A stretch of DNA of 64,000 nt. It comes from Phycisphaerae bacterium. GTDB lineage: Bacteria; Planctomycetota; Phycisphaerae; UBA1845. Shown here piece after piece: positions 1 through 11,265 of the stretch; within the stretch, counting starts at the first letter, position 1; every line of letters begins with the position of its first letter. The position numbers and the translations under genes were made by a program. Where the stretch lies: assembly GCA_963666835.2 (NCBI GenBank), contig CAXXGO010000005.1, positions 224,001 to 288,000 on the forward strand, in the 5' to 3' direction. The notes below the pieces were generated by a model, which saw only the letters and a program-made list of their open reading frames with translations, was not told the DNA's origin and did not search any database.

Positions 1-440
1 GTGCTGCTCTCCGTGCTTACGGTGACTGGTGTGACGTCGTTCACGAACGACCCGGTAATCGTGTACTGCTCACGCAGGCGAAACGTGAACTCCGTTAAAG
101 CGGCCGACTCGCTTCGGATCGTCATCCGGTTGCTGCCCGTGATCGTGCAGTCGTGATTGCTCGTATCGATGTCGGTGATCTCGATGTCCAACTCGTAATG
201 AAGGACGTCGGTATCCTCGGCGGCTTCGTACATCCGGGCTCCGCTGCCCGTTGTCAGTTCGTCAGCGGCGGCGTGGCCGGCCAGTTCCTCGGCCTTCTCG
301 TCCGTAAGGAACGACTCCTTGTCGTACTTGCCTGCTCTCTCGGGGGTGGGGTCCCCGTCCGCGACGGCGATGGTTGCCAGGAGCAGGACCGTCAACGTGC
401 AACGGATCCACAAGCTTGTGCGGCGATAGACATCGAGCAT
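1..440 (-). CDS. Secreted M1-family aminopeptidase-like protein, N-terminal part (runs off window start)
   Basis: Not in ORF track. Manual translation from ATG at 440: MLDVYRRTSLWIRCTLTVLLLATIAVADG (signal peptide) ... EDTDVLHYELDIEI...TITGSNRMTIRS...LTEFTFRL, resembling M1 peptidase N-terminal domain; open to base 1; HEXXH not in window. Confidence 0.6.
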   Translation of the reverse strand, partial: MLDVYRRTSLWIRCTLTVLLLATIAVADGDPTPERAGKYDKESFLTDEKAEELAGHAAADELTTGSGARMYEAAEDTDVLHYELDIEITDIDTSNHDCTITGSNRMTIRSESAALTEFTFRLREQYTITGSFVNDVTPVTVSTESS

Positions 441-911
441 TGTTGTCGACTCCGAATAAGTCGGTAATACGGGCAGGGCTTCCTTCTCCCCTCGCTGTTG
501 CCCATGCTTCCTTCGACGCCGTACAGCGCGCACCTTACATGGCAGCGGCAACACGCGGCGAAGGTGTGACCCGTGTACCATTATAAGCAGATCGGGTGGT
601 TGAAAGAAAGAAATGCTTCTCGGACGGGGGTGTTTGGTGGCTATATCCCACCGGTTCGCCCGAGAAGGTCGTTTCCATCGTCCCAAAGGTGCTGTAATGG
701 AGCAAAGCCAGTGTTGATTGACTCCAGGCCGGACGGGGATGGCCCTGAAGCTGTTCGGGTAAGTACGACTTGACTTGCCAGGGGACGCGCGGGACCATGC
801 GCGTTACACGTTCTGAAGGGCGGGCAGGCGGCAAATGGACGCCCTGTCCGGAGCCGGAGAGTGTTCTGCTCGTCCGGCGGAGTTCGGTGGTCTGCAACAG
901 GAGGAACGCGC

Positions 912-2075
912 ATGGCCAACAACAATCCCGTCATTGTCGTACACGGAATCCAGGGCTCCTGGCTGAAGGACGAGTACCCGGTGGACTATCAGGACTCGGT
1001 TCTCTGGACGGGTATTTTGCGAAAGAAGTTTGAGTCTTTGCACTTGCATCCGGTGGACGCCGACGTCGACGCTGATGCCGGCCGGCTGATCAACCCGCAT
1101 CAGGCGGTACCGTTGGTTTATGAATCGCTGGTGGAGGAGATTCGAGAAGAACTCGAAGATCGGCATCCTTATGTGTACATGTTTACGTACGACTGGCGTA
1201 AAGATAATCGGCTGGCCGCGGCGCGGCTCGGCCAGTTTGTCGAGCGGGTCTTGCACATAGCCGGTGTACACGAGAGGTCGAAGACCCCGCCGGCGCCGAC
1301 GCCGAAGAAAGTGACGTTAATCGGTCACAGTATGGGCGGTCTGGTAATCAAATGGTATGTAACCAAGATCCTCGGGAAGGAGAAAGCTCCGGGGCGAATC
1401 GACAAGATTATCACGATCGCCACTCCGTGGCGCGGGAGCCTCAAAGCGGTCGAGGCCCTCTTGCCGGGGGCTCGTAATCTGTTCGGGGTGGAGAACAAGA
1501 AGTCGATGAGGCACGCGTCTCGGACCTTGCCGGGAATTTATCAGCTTCTGCCGGCTTGGCGACAGGCGATTGTCGAGATGCGAAGCGGGAAGCCGATGAA
1601 CGTCTTCGAACCGCAGACCTGGCAGAAGAATCTGTTGGCTGATTTGCGGCAGCGGTTCGGCGATAAGTTCTTCGGCAAGATGTTGGCCGATGCCAAGAAG
1701 TTCACCGCCGCAATCCGTCAGCCCTGGCCCCAGAAGTTGCGCTCCCGGATCTACCTGGCTTACGGGCACGAGACCGAAACGTGGTGGCAGGTTCCGGTCG
1801 ATACGAAGAAGGATAACTTCTTCCACTTCGATGACGTGCGGACTGGCCCCGGCAGCGCCGGCGTATCGGGCGGAGACGGTACCGTTCATGTGGTGTCGTC
1901 CATTCGTAGCGATGTTCCCGTGCGGAATCTGAAGGCAGACCTGCGAGAGACGTTCAAGGATTCCCTGGCCGGGCATCACGCCAACATGCCCAACCACAGC
2001 AACGTGCAGGACTGGGTGTTGGGGCTATTGGACGTGAACGAGCATGCCGGCGCCGCGTTCGAGTCGCCGCTGTAG
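912..2075 (+). CDS. Alpha/beta hydrolase, LCAT/lipase-like acyltransferase
   Basis: PVIVVHGIQGS, YDWR, GHSMGG nucleophile elbow, IATPWRGS, GDGTV, late His (HHANM); AGGAGG RBS before ATG 912. Confidence 0.85.
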   Translation: MANNNPVIVVHGIQGSWLKDEYPVDYQDSVLWTGILRKKFESLHLHPVDADVDADAGRLINPHQAVPLVYESLVEEIREELEDRHPYVYMFTYDWRKDNRLAAARLGQFVERVLHIAGVHERSKTPPAPTPKKVTLIGHSMGGLVIKWYVTKILGKEKAPGRIDKIITIATPWRGSLKAVEALLPGARNLFGVENKKSMRHASRTLPGIYQLLPAWRQAIVEMRSGKPMNVFEPQTWQKNLLADLRQRFGDKFFGKMLADAKKFTAAIRQPWPQKLRSRIYLAYGHETETWWQVPVDTKKDNFFHFDDVRTGPGSAGVSGGDGTVHVVSSIRSDVPVRNLKADLRETFKDSLAGHHANMPNHSNVQDWVLGLLDVNEHAGAAFESPL

Positions 2076-2134
2076 CGGAAGAGGGTGGCAAGCTGTTCGA
2101 GGAAGCCTCGGTTGAGTGTCTTAGTGGTGACTCT

Positions 2135-3574
<1,440 letters not shown>

Positions 3575-3674
3575 CAGCCTCCTGCAAACCGTTGAAGAGT
3601 CGGGGCATCGAAGTCTCTCGGCCGGCACCTTCACGTTCGAAGCCGTGTTGAGAGTCCGCAACCGCGCGAGCGCG

Positions 3675-3998
3675 TTAGCCTTGGGGCTCTTCTCTGCTGT
3701 ATAGGAACCACCGCTTCTTCGGGTTGCCGGAGCGCGGGGCCTGCCGGAGAAAATACACTATCCACACGCTGTCGTCACTCATGCGGATCTTGTAGTAATG
3801 CCTCCGCAGGTACAACTCGCCGCCCGCTCGGGCGCCCTCGCGCGATGATTGTTTCCAAGCGCCGAGCTGTTGCACGACTTCCAGGGAGTTATCCCGCCAG
3901 TCAAACCCGGCTGGCAGACCGGGCTCGCCTTGGCCCGTCGATCCGGTGTCCGATGTGCCCGAATGGGGGGTGATGGGCTCGCTGATCAGCTCGGTCAT
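3675..3998 (-). CDS. Small conserved protein, DUF6504-like
   Basis: ISEPI..GEPGLP..F.WR..W...RHYY.I......YF.R....RWFLY pattern. Confidence 0.6.
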   Translation of the reverse strand: MTELISEPITPHSGTSDTGSTGQGEPGLPAGFDWRDNSLEVVQQLGAWKQSSREGARAGGELYLRRHYYKIRMSDDSVWIVYFLRQAPRSGNPKKRWFLYSREEPQG

Positions 3999-4180
3999 GT
4001 TGGAGCGTCGCCTTCTTAGTTTCAAGACCGTGACGCGGTCCGATTCCACCGTCTGGCACTGCAGTGTCTTCTCGCACATGCAGGTGCGGATTCAATCCGC
4101 ACTGGGTCCCGTTCCTGCACTGCGCAAGAGCAGTGGCACACGCCTTGCCGGGGACGGGTTTGCTTTCCTTGCGCAAGACG

Positions 4181-5493
4181 CTACATGGTTCGGCGGGACG
4201 CACGCCGTCCGCGGCGTAGCGGCTGATCGTCGTCTCTGGTTGCGTCCGTCAAGATCGCCAGCGTCTCCACCTGTGAAGTCTGGGGGAACATGTCGAACAG
4301 CTCCACATGGCGGAGGCGAAAGCCGCCTTCGACCAACCGGGCCAAGTCCCGCAGCAGGGTAAGCGGGGCACACGAGAGATAGGCGATTCGGTCGGGCCGG
4401 TGCTCGATCAACGCCTCTATTACTCGGGCGTCCACTCCCTTACGCGGGGGGTTCACCGCGGCCACGAGGCGGCGCGCTCCCGCGCCTTCACAACGTAGCT
4501 TGCCGACGAGCATCGGGAGTTCCTGCTCTACAAGTCCGGTCATGAAGTTGACGTTGTCTAGCTTGTTCTCTCGGCGCATTGTCTGAGCAAGGGTGGTTGC
4601 TTCCGGGTTCTGCTCGATGCCCACGACCTGCCCGGCCGCGCGGGCCGCGATGAGCCCGATCGCCCCGACCCCGCAGTAAAGGTCCAGCAGCGTGTCTTCC
4701 TCTCTCAAATCGAGAGCTTCGATGATTGCTTCGTAGGCCTTTTCCGCCACGGCGGTGTTCACCTGGAAGAAGCTGGTCAGACCCAGCCGGACTCGGGTCT
4801 CGCACACGTCTTCTTCGAACCAATCACGCCCCGCGAGCGTTGTGGTTAGTCGGACCGAAGATCACGTTGCCTTTCGTGGGGTTGACATTTTGAACCACGC
4901 CGACGGCGCTCTCACATTGCCGCATCACCTGTCCGGCGAAGCTCGTCTACATGGCGGCGGTTGTCGGTGCGAGTGACGAGCCCGATGAGGATCTCGCGCG
5001 TGCGAAGCCCCTCGCGAACCGTTACGAAGCGGAGTTCCCCGGTGTGGACTACTTCGTCGTACAAGGGGATGCCGGACTGTTCGATCGCCGAGCGGACGAC
5101 ATCGAGCGTGCGGTTGATACGATCGGTCTGCACCGCGCAACCGGCGGTGTCGACTACATCGTGGGTGCCTTCACGATACAGCCCGAGGCGGATCCGCTTG
5201 TCAAGACTGACGTCGGATCCGCGAGCGGCAGGGGGGCTCGCCGAATCACTCTCGCGCCGTCCGGTCGGATCCGGCTCGTATGCCGGTACCAGCTTGGCTC
5301 GATTACGATAGCCGAGCGGGCTGGGGCTGGGAGTGATCTTACAGATGCTCTCGGCTTTGAAGCCGCCCAGCTCGGCTTCGGCGAAGAGGTCGCGGACTGC
5401 GCGCAGTTTGCGATCCAGTTGCTCGGCGTACGGCACGTCAATGACGCTGCATCCGCTGCACGCCGGAAGATGCCGGCAGAGGTTCGAGGTCAT
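4181..5493 (-). pseudogene. rlmD: 23S rRNA m5U methyltransferase RlmD-like, no TRAM domain, interrupted by two +1 frameshifts (pseudogene or assembly error)
   Basis: CRHLPACSGC Fe-S motif, YRNRAK, SFFQVN, LDLYCGVG, VNPPRKG, YLSC, DMFPQTSQVE; bridging segment VGVVQNVNPTKGNVIFG lies in a third frame between ~4941 and ~4847. Confidence 0.85.
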
Positions 5494-5501
5494 CTTGGAG
5501 C

Positions 5502-6521
5502 CTAGGCCGCCGCTTCGGACATCGTCGGAGTTTTGTCCAGAATCTCGCCGAGGACTTCGTCCGTGCTGACCCCTTCGGCCTCTCCTTCGAAATTAAGTAG
5601 CACGCGGTGCCGCATGGCCGGCAGGAAGACCTTCTGCACGTCGCTGAACGCCGTGTTGAATCGGCCGTCGAGCAGGGCGTGGAGCTTCGCCCCGAGAGTG
5701 AGAGCCTGCACGGCGCGCGGGCTCACGCCCCAGCGGACGTATTTGTTCGTGACGGCGACGGCATAGGGACCGTTCGGGTGAGAAGCCATCGCCGCGCGGA
5801 TGGCATAGTCCTGCACGTGCGGAGCCATCACCACCCGGCGGACGAGCTTCTGCGCCCCGCGGATGGCTTCGCCGCTCATAACCGCTTCGATTTCCGCGAC
5901 ATGACGCGAGGTGGTCCGCTCGACGATCGTGGTCAGCTCTTCCTTGCTGGAATAGCCGACGATCAGCTTGAACAGGAAGCGGTCCAACTGGGCTTCCGGT
6001 AGCGGATAAGTGCCTTCCTGCTCGATGGGGTTCTGAGTAGCCATTACGAAGAACGGTTCGTCGAGCTGATGGCGCGTGCGGCCGACTGTGACGGTGTGTT
6101 CCTGCATGGCTTCCAGCAGGGCGGACTGGGTCTTCGGGGTGGCCCGGTTGATTTCATCTGCGAGAATGATCTGCGCAAAAAGCGGACCCTTCTGGAACTC
6201 GAACTCGCGCCGGCCGCTGCCGGGATCCTCTTTGATAATCGTGGTGCCGATGATGTCGGCGGGCATGAGGTCGGGAGTGAACTGGATTCGCGAGAACTGC
6301 AGATCCACCGCCTGGGCCAGGGTGCGAATCAGATACGTCTTACCCAATCCGGGCACGCCTTCGATCAGAACGTGACCGCCGACGAAAAGGGCGGTCAGGA
6401 CGCCGTCGATAACCTCTTTGTGGCCGACGATCGCCTTCTCGATCTCGCTGCGCACCGCCTGAAACTTAGCGCGAAACTCGTCGGTGGCCTTTGCGACCGC
6501 CGGATCAACTCCCGAAGCCAT
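5502..6521 (-). CDS. moxR: MoxR-family AAA+ ATPase
   Basis: GVPGLGKT Walker A, RIQFTPDLMPADIIG, LADEINRATPKTQSALLEAMQE, ATQNPIEQEGTYPLPEAQLDRF. Confidence 0.95.
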   Translation of the reverse strand: MASGVDPAVAKATDEFRAKFQAVRSEIEKAIVGHKEVIDGVLTALFVGGHVLIEGVPGLGKTYLIRTLAQAVDLQFSRIQFTPDLMPADIIGTTIIKEDPGSGRREFEFQKGPLFAQIILADEINRATPKTQSALLEAMQEHTVTVGRTRHQLDEPFFVMATQNPIEQEGTYPLPEAQLDRFLFKLIVGYSSKEELTTIVERTTSRHVAEIEAVMSGEAIRGAQKLVRRVVMAPHVQDYAIRAAMASHPNGPYAVAVTNKYVRWGVSPRAVQALTLGAKLHALLDGRFNTAFSDVQKVFLPAMRHRVLLNFEGEAEGVSTDEVLGEILDKTPTMSEAAA

Positions 6522-6729
6522 GACACACTCCTGTCGTATTACGCTGTTGTGCTCACATCTGCCGGCACGGCGTGTGAGCAGTTAACTCTGTTTGCCTCCT
6601 GCACACTCGTGCATAGGCGGTCCTGATCGAGCGACTCCTTCCGGAGTCGTGCTTGTACCCCATCGTAGCTGTGACGACGGGTTTACTGTTCGTGGTGCCG
6701 ACGGTGGGTGGGAGTCCCGGAATGGTGCA

Positions 6730-6864
6730 AGTTCCCCACCTCCAATGCGATGGACCACACGTTCGATTCGAGTCCCGCACCTCTAAAGAGATGGGCCACC
6801 CGGCAAAAAGATGGGCCACCCTTCCGGTTTGAGTCCCCCACCTCTAAAGAGATGGGCCACCCGG
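6730..6864. repeat. Short clustered palindromic repeats GAGTCCC.CACCTCTAAAGAGATGGGCCACCCGG
   Basis: Near-identical copies at 6770-6803 and 6831-6864, partial at ~6806-6821, degenerate at ~6730-6760, and a dispersed relative at ~18383-18416. Confidence 0.75.
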
Positions 6865-6892
6865 TCCGGGTTGTTACGGCACTCGGGGCTCC

Positions 6893-9800
6893 CTACGTTT
6901 CGTCCTTGTCCTCCATATTCCGGCGGGCGCGTCTCTTGGCCCGCAATAATCGTGAAGTTGCGTCGTCCGCCGAGTCGCCTTCCGCACCGGGGCGGGGCGG
7001 AGGCTTGCGCGGGCCGGGCTCGTCGGCCCGCGCTCCGCCGAGAGTCTCTCCCAGGTCGCCGGCGGGCTCGGCGGCCGCGGCATCGCCGACGTCGAACCGC
7101 CTGCCCGGCGTGGTCAGTGTCGGGGCATCGCCTTTTTCGCTAATTCGCTTCAAGCCCTCGTCGCGTTCGCTATCCATGTCGTCGCGAACGCGGTCCCGCG
7201 TGGTCTTGAGCTGGTCCAAGGAAGCCGCGCTACGGTCGCCGGTATGTGCCAGAGCGGTGACGCCACCGGTGATGAAGTCGAACAGCGGGCCGATATATCT
7301 GAACCGGATCGTCCAACCGATCAGCTCGGCCAGCAGGAAGGCCCCGAGCAGCCCCCACCACGATCCGTACCGCACGTCCAGGCCGAACAGCAATACCACC
7401 AGGATGACCAGCTCAACCGCGACGGACAGCGCCAGCCAGCTTGCCAGGCGACGCGCTGCCACATCCAGAAGAAAGACGGGGAGCAACAGCCAAGCCACGA
7501 CCCATTCCCAGGCCGGACGCTTTGCTTCGGTGGGCGGAAGATCGTGGCTGAAGACGTTGTCCTGTTTGGGCCCGGCATCCAGCCAGCGTCCACCGGTGAT
7601 GTCGACGATCTGACGCAACAGGGGCTCGTTCGGCATCAGGTCACGATACTCCGGCGAGAAAGGCACGGATAGTCCGGTTCGGACTGTGCCGACGTTCTTA
7701 CCCCGGTCGCCAATTCGGATGCTGGCCAGATAGTGCCCGGCCCGGTCGGCCTCAAACTCCGCCTGGTACTTGCCGGGGGCGATTTGGGTGAAACTGGCTG
7801 GGACCTCTTCGTTGTCCGGGCCGATGATCTTCGGGTCCAACTGCAAGTAGTTCAAATAGCCGGCGTTCTTATCCAGAGCGTCGATGACGATCTTCCCGCG
7901 ATTACCCTCGATGTGGGTGTAGGTATCGAAATTGGCCGGAGCCTCTTGGCGCATGCTCCAGCGCACGATCTGTGCCCAGAGCTTGGCGAACTTCGACCAG
8001 TTGGTCCACGATACTCCCCATTTGGGCCAGTACCCACTGGTAAACGCTACCGCCTTGCCAAGCTCATACTGCCAATGGACGAGCACCGGGTCCTCTCCGT
8101 CGTCCGTGGCCCGGATAATGGGAATGATGACGTTGGGACTCGACTTGGGCGACGTCAGGACCATTCCACCGAGGGGCGGTAAGGCCTCGGTCGCGGCGTT
8201 TATACCCCCGAGCAATTCGCTATGCGGCTGCATGATCTGCGGCTGAAACGGCTCGTCGATGATGAGCGGGCGGCGGACGATCTTGGACTCTTTAGAGAAG
8301 ATCTGGGGCAGTTGTCGCGGGTTGCGGGCCGGGTAGAACCGCCCGCCGGTTCTTTCCGCGATACGCCGCATTTCCGCCTGCATTACATGCCCGCCCCAGC
8401 CGATTGCGATGGTGGAAACGGTGATTTTGTCGCGGACATAATCGCTGATCAGCCTATCGCTGGGGCCTTGCGCGTCGCCGTCGCTGAGAATGATCACGTG
8501 TTTCTGGGCGGCATCTTTGCCGCGCCCGGTAGTCAGAGCCCGGTGAGCCATCTGCATGGTGCTGCCGAAGTCAGGCATGTCTCCGATCTGCATGCGATCG
8601 ATCTTTGCCTTGACCGCAGCCTTGTTCAAGTTCAGGTCGAGCGGGACTTCCCAGTTCTCGCCGCCGGGTGAGTAGGTATAGGCCAGAATGCCGACGTAGT
8701 CTTGTGAGCTAATTGTGTCGACGCTCTTTTTGGCCATCTCCTTTCCCCAGTAGTTGCCGCGGGGGATCTCACAGCTATGCATAATCAGCGCCAGCGCCCC
8801 GCGCGGAATCACCCGTTTGTGTTTGATCTCAAAAGAGACGGGCATGACTTCCTCGACCGGGCTGCCAATCCATCCACCGGCGCCGTAGCTCTCGTCTCCC
8901 CCGAGCATGATTAATCCGCTTCCCATGTCCTTGACATATGCGGCCAGCTCCTGCTGCTGCTGATCGGTGAAGGTGGCTGCGGGGATATTGGCGAGAACGA
9001 CTGCCGAGTACTTCATCATCTGGAGGAGCCCGAATCGCCCCAACTCGGCTATATCTCGCAGTTCGACGCGGACGTTCTCGCTCTGCAGAGCTTCGGCAAG
9101 CGGTCGATCGAATTCCGGATCGGACGAGAGCAGCAGGACTCGGCTCGCCCCCGAGACGAATGTAAACGCCCGAGAGGAGTTGTTCATCGCGATCGTGTCC
9201 ATCGTGTCGTCGTCAGGACGGAAACGTGCTTCGTACGTTTGCACCCCGGATGCCTCAGCGGGGAGCTTCATGAAGAAGGTATTGGCGCCGCTTTTGAGCT
9301 CGACCCGCGCCGCCGACTCCGGGATCTCCAGAAGCTCACCGTCGACGTATAGAGAGATTGACCCGGTGGTCGGTCGGTGAGAATTCAGGACCATGCGGAG
9401 GGCGACCTGTTCGCCCGGTTCCGCGTGCGTCGGGACGATGAGACGGTCGAAATAGACTTCGTTCTGATGCTCGTATTGCAGCGGCAGGACATCGACTGGT
9501 ATGCCGTCAGCCTTGGCCCGGCGGACCTCGGTCAGCACATCACCCATGTTATCGTTGCCGTCCGACATCAGCACGATGCGTTTGGACGTATCGTGCGGAA
9601 ACATGGCCATCGCCAGCCGCATTGCCGAGGCGACGTCCGTCCGGTCCGTTCCGGGCATGACGTCCAGCCGTCCGGGCGACAGAAAATACCCTCCGCGCAT
9701 CGGCTTCTGGTGAAGAAAGGCGTTGCGGGCGAAGGCGATCATGCCGACTCGATCGTCGGGAGGGAGGTCGTGACTTGCCTCGCGGATGTACTCATCCTGA

Positions 9801-10072
9801 TAATCCTGCCGATCTTGCACGCTGTGCGAGCGGTCCATCAGGAAAATCACAGTCAGGTCATCGTTGCGTTGGACCCGCTGCACGCCGGCCAGGCAGATTG
9901 CGATCAGGACGACCAGCGCGCTTCGGATTGCCAGAGCCAGGATCCTGCGGGTCGGCTCGAGCCCCGCCAGGCTTCGGAGAGAAGCGGCGACCAAGACGGG
10001 TACGAGGAGCGTCAGCCACAGCCAATCCGGCTGCTCGAACTCAATCGGCAGTGTGAGTGCTATGATACTCAT
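6893..10072 (-). CDS. Membrane protein with two vWA domains and a GATase-like (DUF1355-like) domain
   Basis: N-terminal BatA-like TM segment (FEQPDWLWL), MIDAS DRSHS...SDG, GLIMLGGDESYGAGGW, second degenerate vWA (MHSCE...ILSDGD), C-terminal TMs; ATG overlaps upstream stop (ATGA). Confidence 0.85.
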   Translation of the reverse strand: MSIIALTLPIEFEQPDWLWLTLLVPVLVAASLRSLAGLEPTRRILALAIRSALVVLIAICLAGVQRVQRNDDLTVIFLMDRSHSVQDRQDYQDEYIREASHDLPPDDRVGMIAFARNAFLHQKPMRGGYFLSPGRLDVMPGTDRTDVASAMRLAMAMFPHDTSKRIVLMSDGNDNMGDVLTEVRRAKADGIPVDVLPLQYEHQNEVYFDRLIVPTHAEPGEQVALRMVLNSHRPTTGSISLYVDGELLEIPESAARVELKSGANTFFMKLPAEASGVQTYEARFRPDDDTMDTIAMNNSSRAFTFVSGASRVLLLSSDPEFDRPLAEALQSENVRVELRDIAELGRFGLLQMMKYSAVVLANIPAATFTDQQQQELAAYVKDMGSGLIMLGGDESYGAGGWIGSPVEEVMPVSFEIKHKRVIPRGALALIMHSCEIPRGNYWGKEMAKKSVDTISSQDYVGILAYTYSPGGENWEVPLDLNLNKAAVKAKIDRMQIGDMPDFGSTMQMAHRALTTGRGKDAAQKHVIILSDGDAQGPSDRLISDYVRDKITVSTIAIGWGGHVMQAEMRRIAERTGGRFYPARNPRQLPQIFSKESKIVRRPLIIDEPFQPQIMQPHSELLGGINAATEALPPLGGMVLTSPKSSPNVIIPIIRATDDGEDPVLVHWQYELGKAVAFTSGYWPKWGVSWTNWSKFAKLWAQIVRWSMRQEAPANFDTYTHIEGNRGKIVIDALDKNAGYLNYLQLDPKIIGPDNEEVPASFTQIAPGKYQAEFEADRAGHYLASIRIGDRGKNVGTVRTGLSVPFSPEYRDLMPNEPLLRQIVDITGGRWLDAGPKQDNVFSHDLPPTEAKRPAWEWVVAWLLLPVFLLDVAARRLASWLALSVAVELVILVVLLFGLDVRYGSWWGLLGAFLLAELIGWTIRFRYIGPLFDFITGGVTALAHTGDRSAASLDQLKTTRDRVRDDMDSERDEGLKRISEKGDAPTLTTPGRRFDVGDAAAAEPAGDLGETLGGARADEPGPRKPPPRPGAEGDSADDATSRLLRAKRRARRNMEDKDET

Positions 10073-11085
10073 GGCCGCACAATCTGAATCCTGCTGTTGA
10101 GCGAATCCACCACATAGACGAGTCCGTCCGGACCGTACGCCGCACCCCAGGGACCGGAGAGCTCGCCCGGCTTGCGGCCGCTGTTTCCCCACACACGCAG
10201 CGATTCTCCGTCCTTCGAGAACCACTGTAGCCGATCACCACCGTATTCGCACACCAAGAGGTCGCCTTTTGGCGAAACGTCCACATCGTACGGATACCGG
10301 AGTTGTCCCGGTTCCCGCCCGAAGCCACCGACCGTGGCCAGTACCGTGCCGTCCAGGGCGAAGCGGACCAACCGGTGGTTGCACGCATCGGCGACCCACA
10401 ACGTCTGTTCATCGTCGATGACCAGTGCGGCGGGGCGACTCAAGCGATACCCTTCGATCGGCTCCTCTCCGAGTGATTGTACGAACTGAAGGTCCGGTGA
10501 CCATTTGGTGATGCGGTCGTTTCCGTGGTACTCGCTGACGTAGATGAAGTCGTCGGCGTCGATGGCGACGTCCGTCGGCAACTGGAACTGTCCGGGACCG
10601 TTGCCTTTGCCTCCGAATGAGGTGAGCAGCTTGTCGGAAGAGCCGTAGATCATAACGCGGTGGTAGTGAGTGTCTGCTATGAAAACGCGGCCGTCCCGAT
10701 GAGCGAGCAGGCCAACCGGCTTGCCCTGCTTGGTTTCGGGCATTCGCCATTCCGACACGTAAGAACCGTCGCCGGCGAAGCGCTGGACTCGTCCGGCTTT
10801 GTCTACAACCAGGATCTTCCCGTCCGGAGTCGCGGTGATTGCCCGTGGATAGCTGAAATCACCCGGGCCCAATCCTACGGCACCGAAGACGGCGATGACG
10901 CCGTTCGGGGTGATTGCCGGCGGATCACAACCGCTCGCCCAAGCGAGAAGGACCGAGGCTATTACCCAGCCCCGTCCGTAAAACCGTCGCGAGCTGCTCG
11001 GATACACGCCGGGTTGGACGATCTCGGCGCGGCGCAGTGGCGGTGCCGTCAGGTGAGAGGCTTGGTTGGATCGAAAGCACCACAT
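10069..11085 (-). CDS. NHL-repeat beta-propeller protein, probable lipoprotein (true start may be GTG at 11007)
   Basis: About six repeats of G.GPGQF..P..+A+D..G.+YV.D..N.R+Q; lipobox-like LLAWASGC. Confidence 0.9.
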   Translation of the reverse strand: MWCFRSNQASHLTAPPLRRAEIVQPGVYPSSSRRFYGRGWVIASVLLAWASGCDPPAITPNGVIAVFGAVGLGPGDFSYPRAITATPDGKILVVDKAGRVQRFAGDGSYVSEWRMPETKQGKPVGLLAHRDGRVFIADTHYHRVMIYGSSDKLLTSFGGKGNGPGQFQLPTDVAIDADDFIYVSEYHGNDRITKWSPDLQFVQSLGEEPIEGYRLSRPAALVIDDEQTLWVADACNHRLVRFALDGTVLATVGGFGREPGQLRYPYDVDVSPKGDLLVCEYGGDRLQWFSKDGESLRVWGNSGRKPGELSGPWGAAYGPDGLVYVVDSLNSRIQIVRP

Positions 11086-11265
11086 TATGACTACATCATA
11101 CCGATGTGGGCCGGGCTCCGCACCGGTAGAAAGCGGACGGCTTAGCGCGGTTTATTCAGACGGCTCGGGGAGAAGCCGTACGGCCGGCCTGTCGCCCCGG
11201 GGCGGCAAGGCAAGTTCCGGGGCACGATGCACCCGTGAATCGCAGTAGTTGACCCGGATGATCCG

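Noticed and set aside
616..667. Hairpin CTTCTCGG...CCGAGAAG in the divergent intergenic region as a riboswitch
   Set aside because: No recognisable aptamer consensus; such stems are common at this GC content
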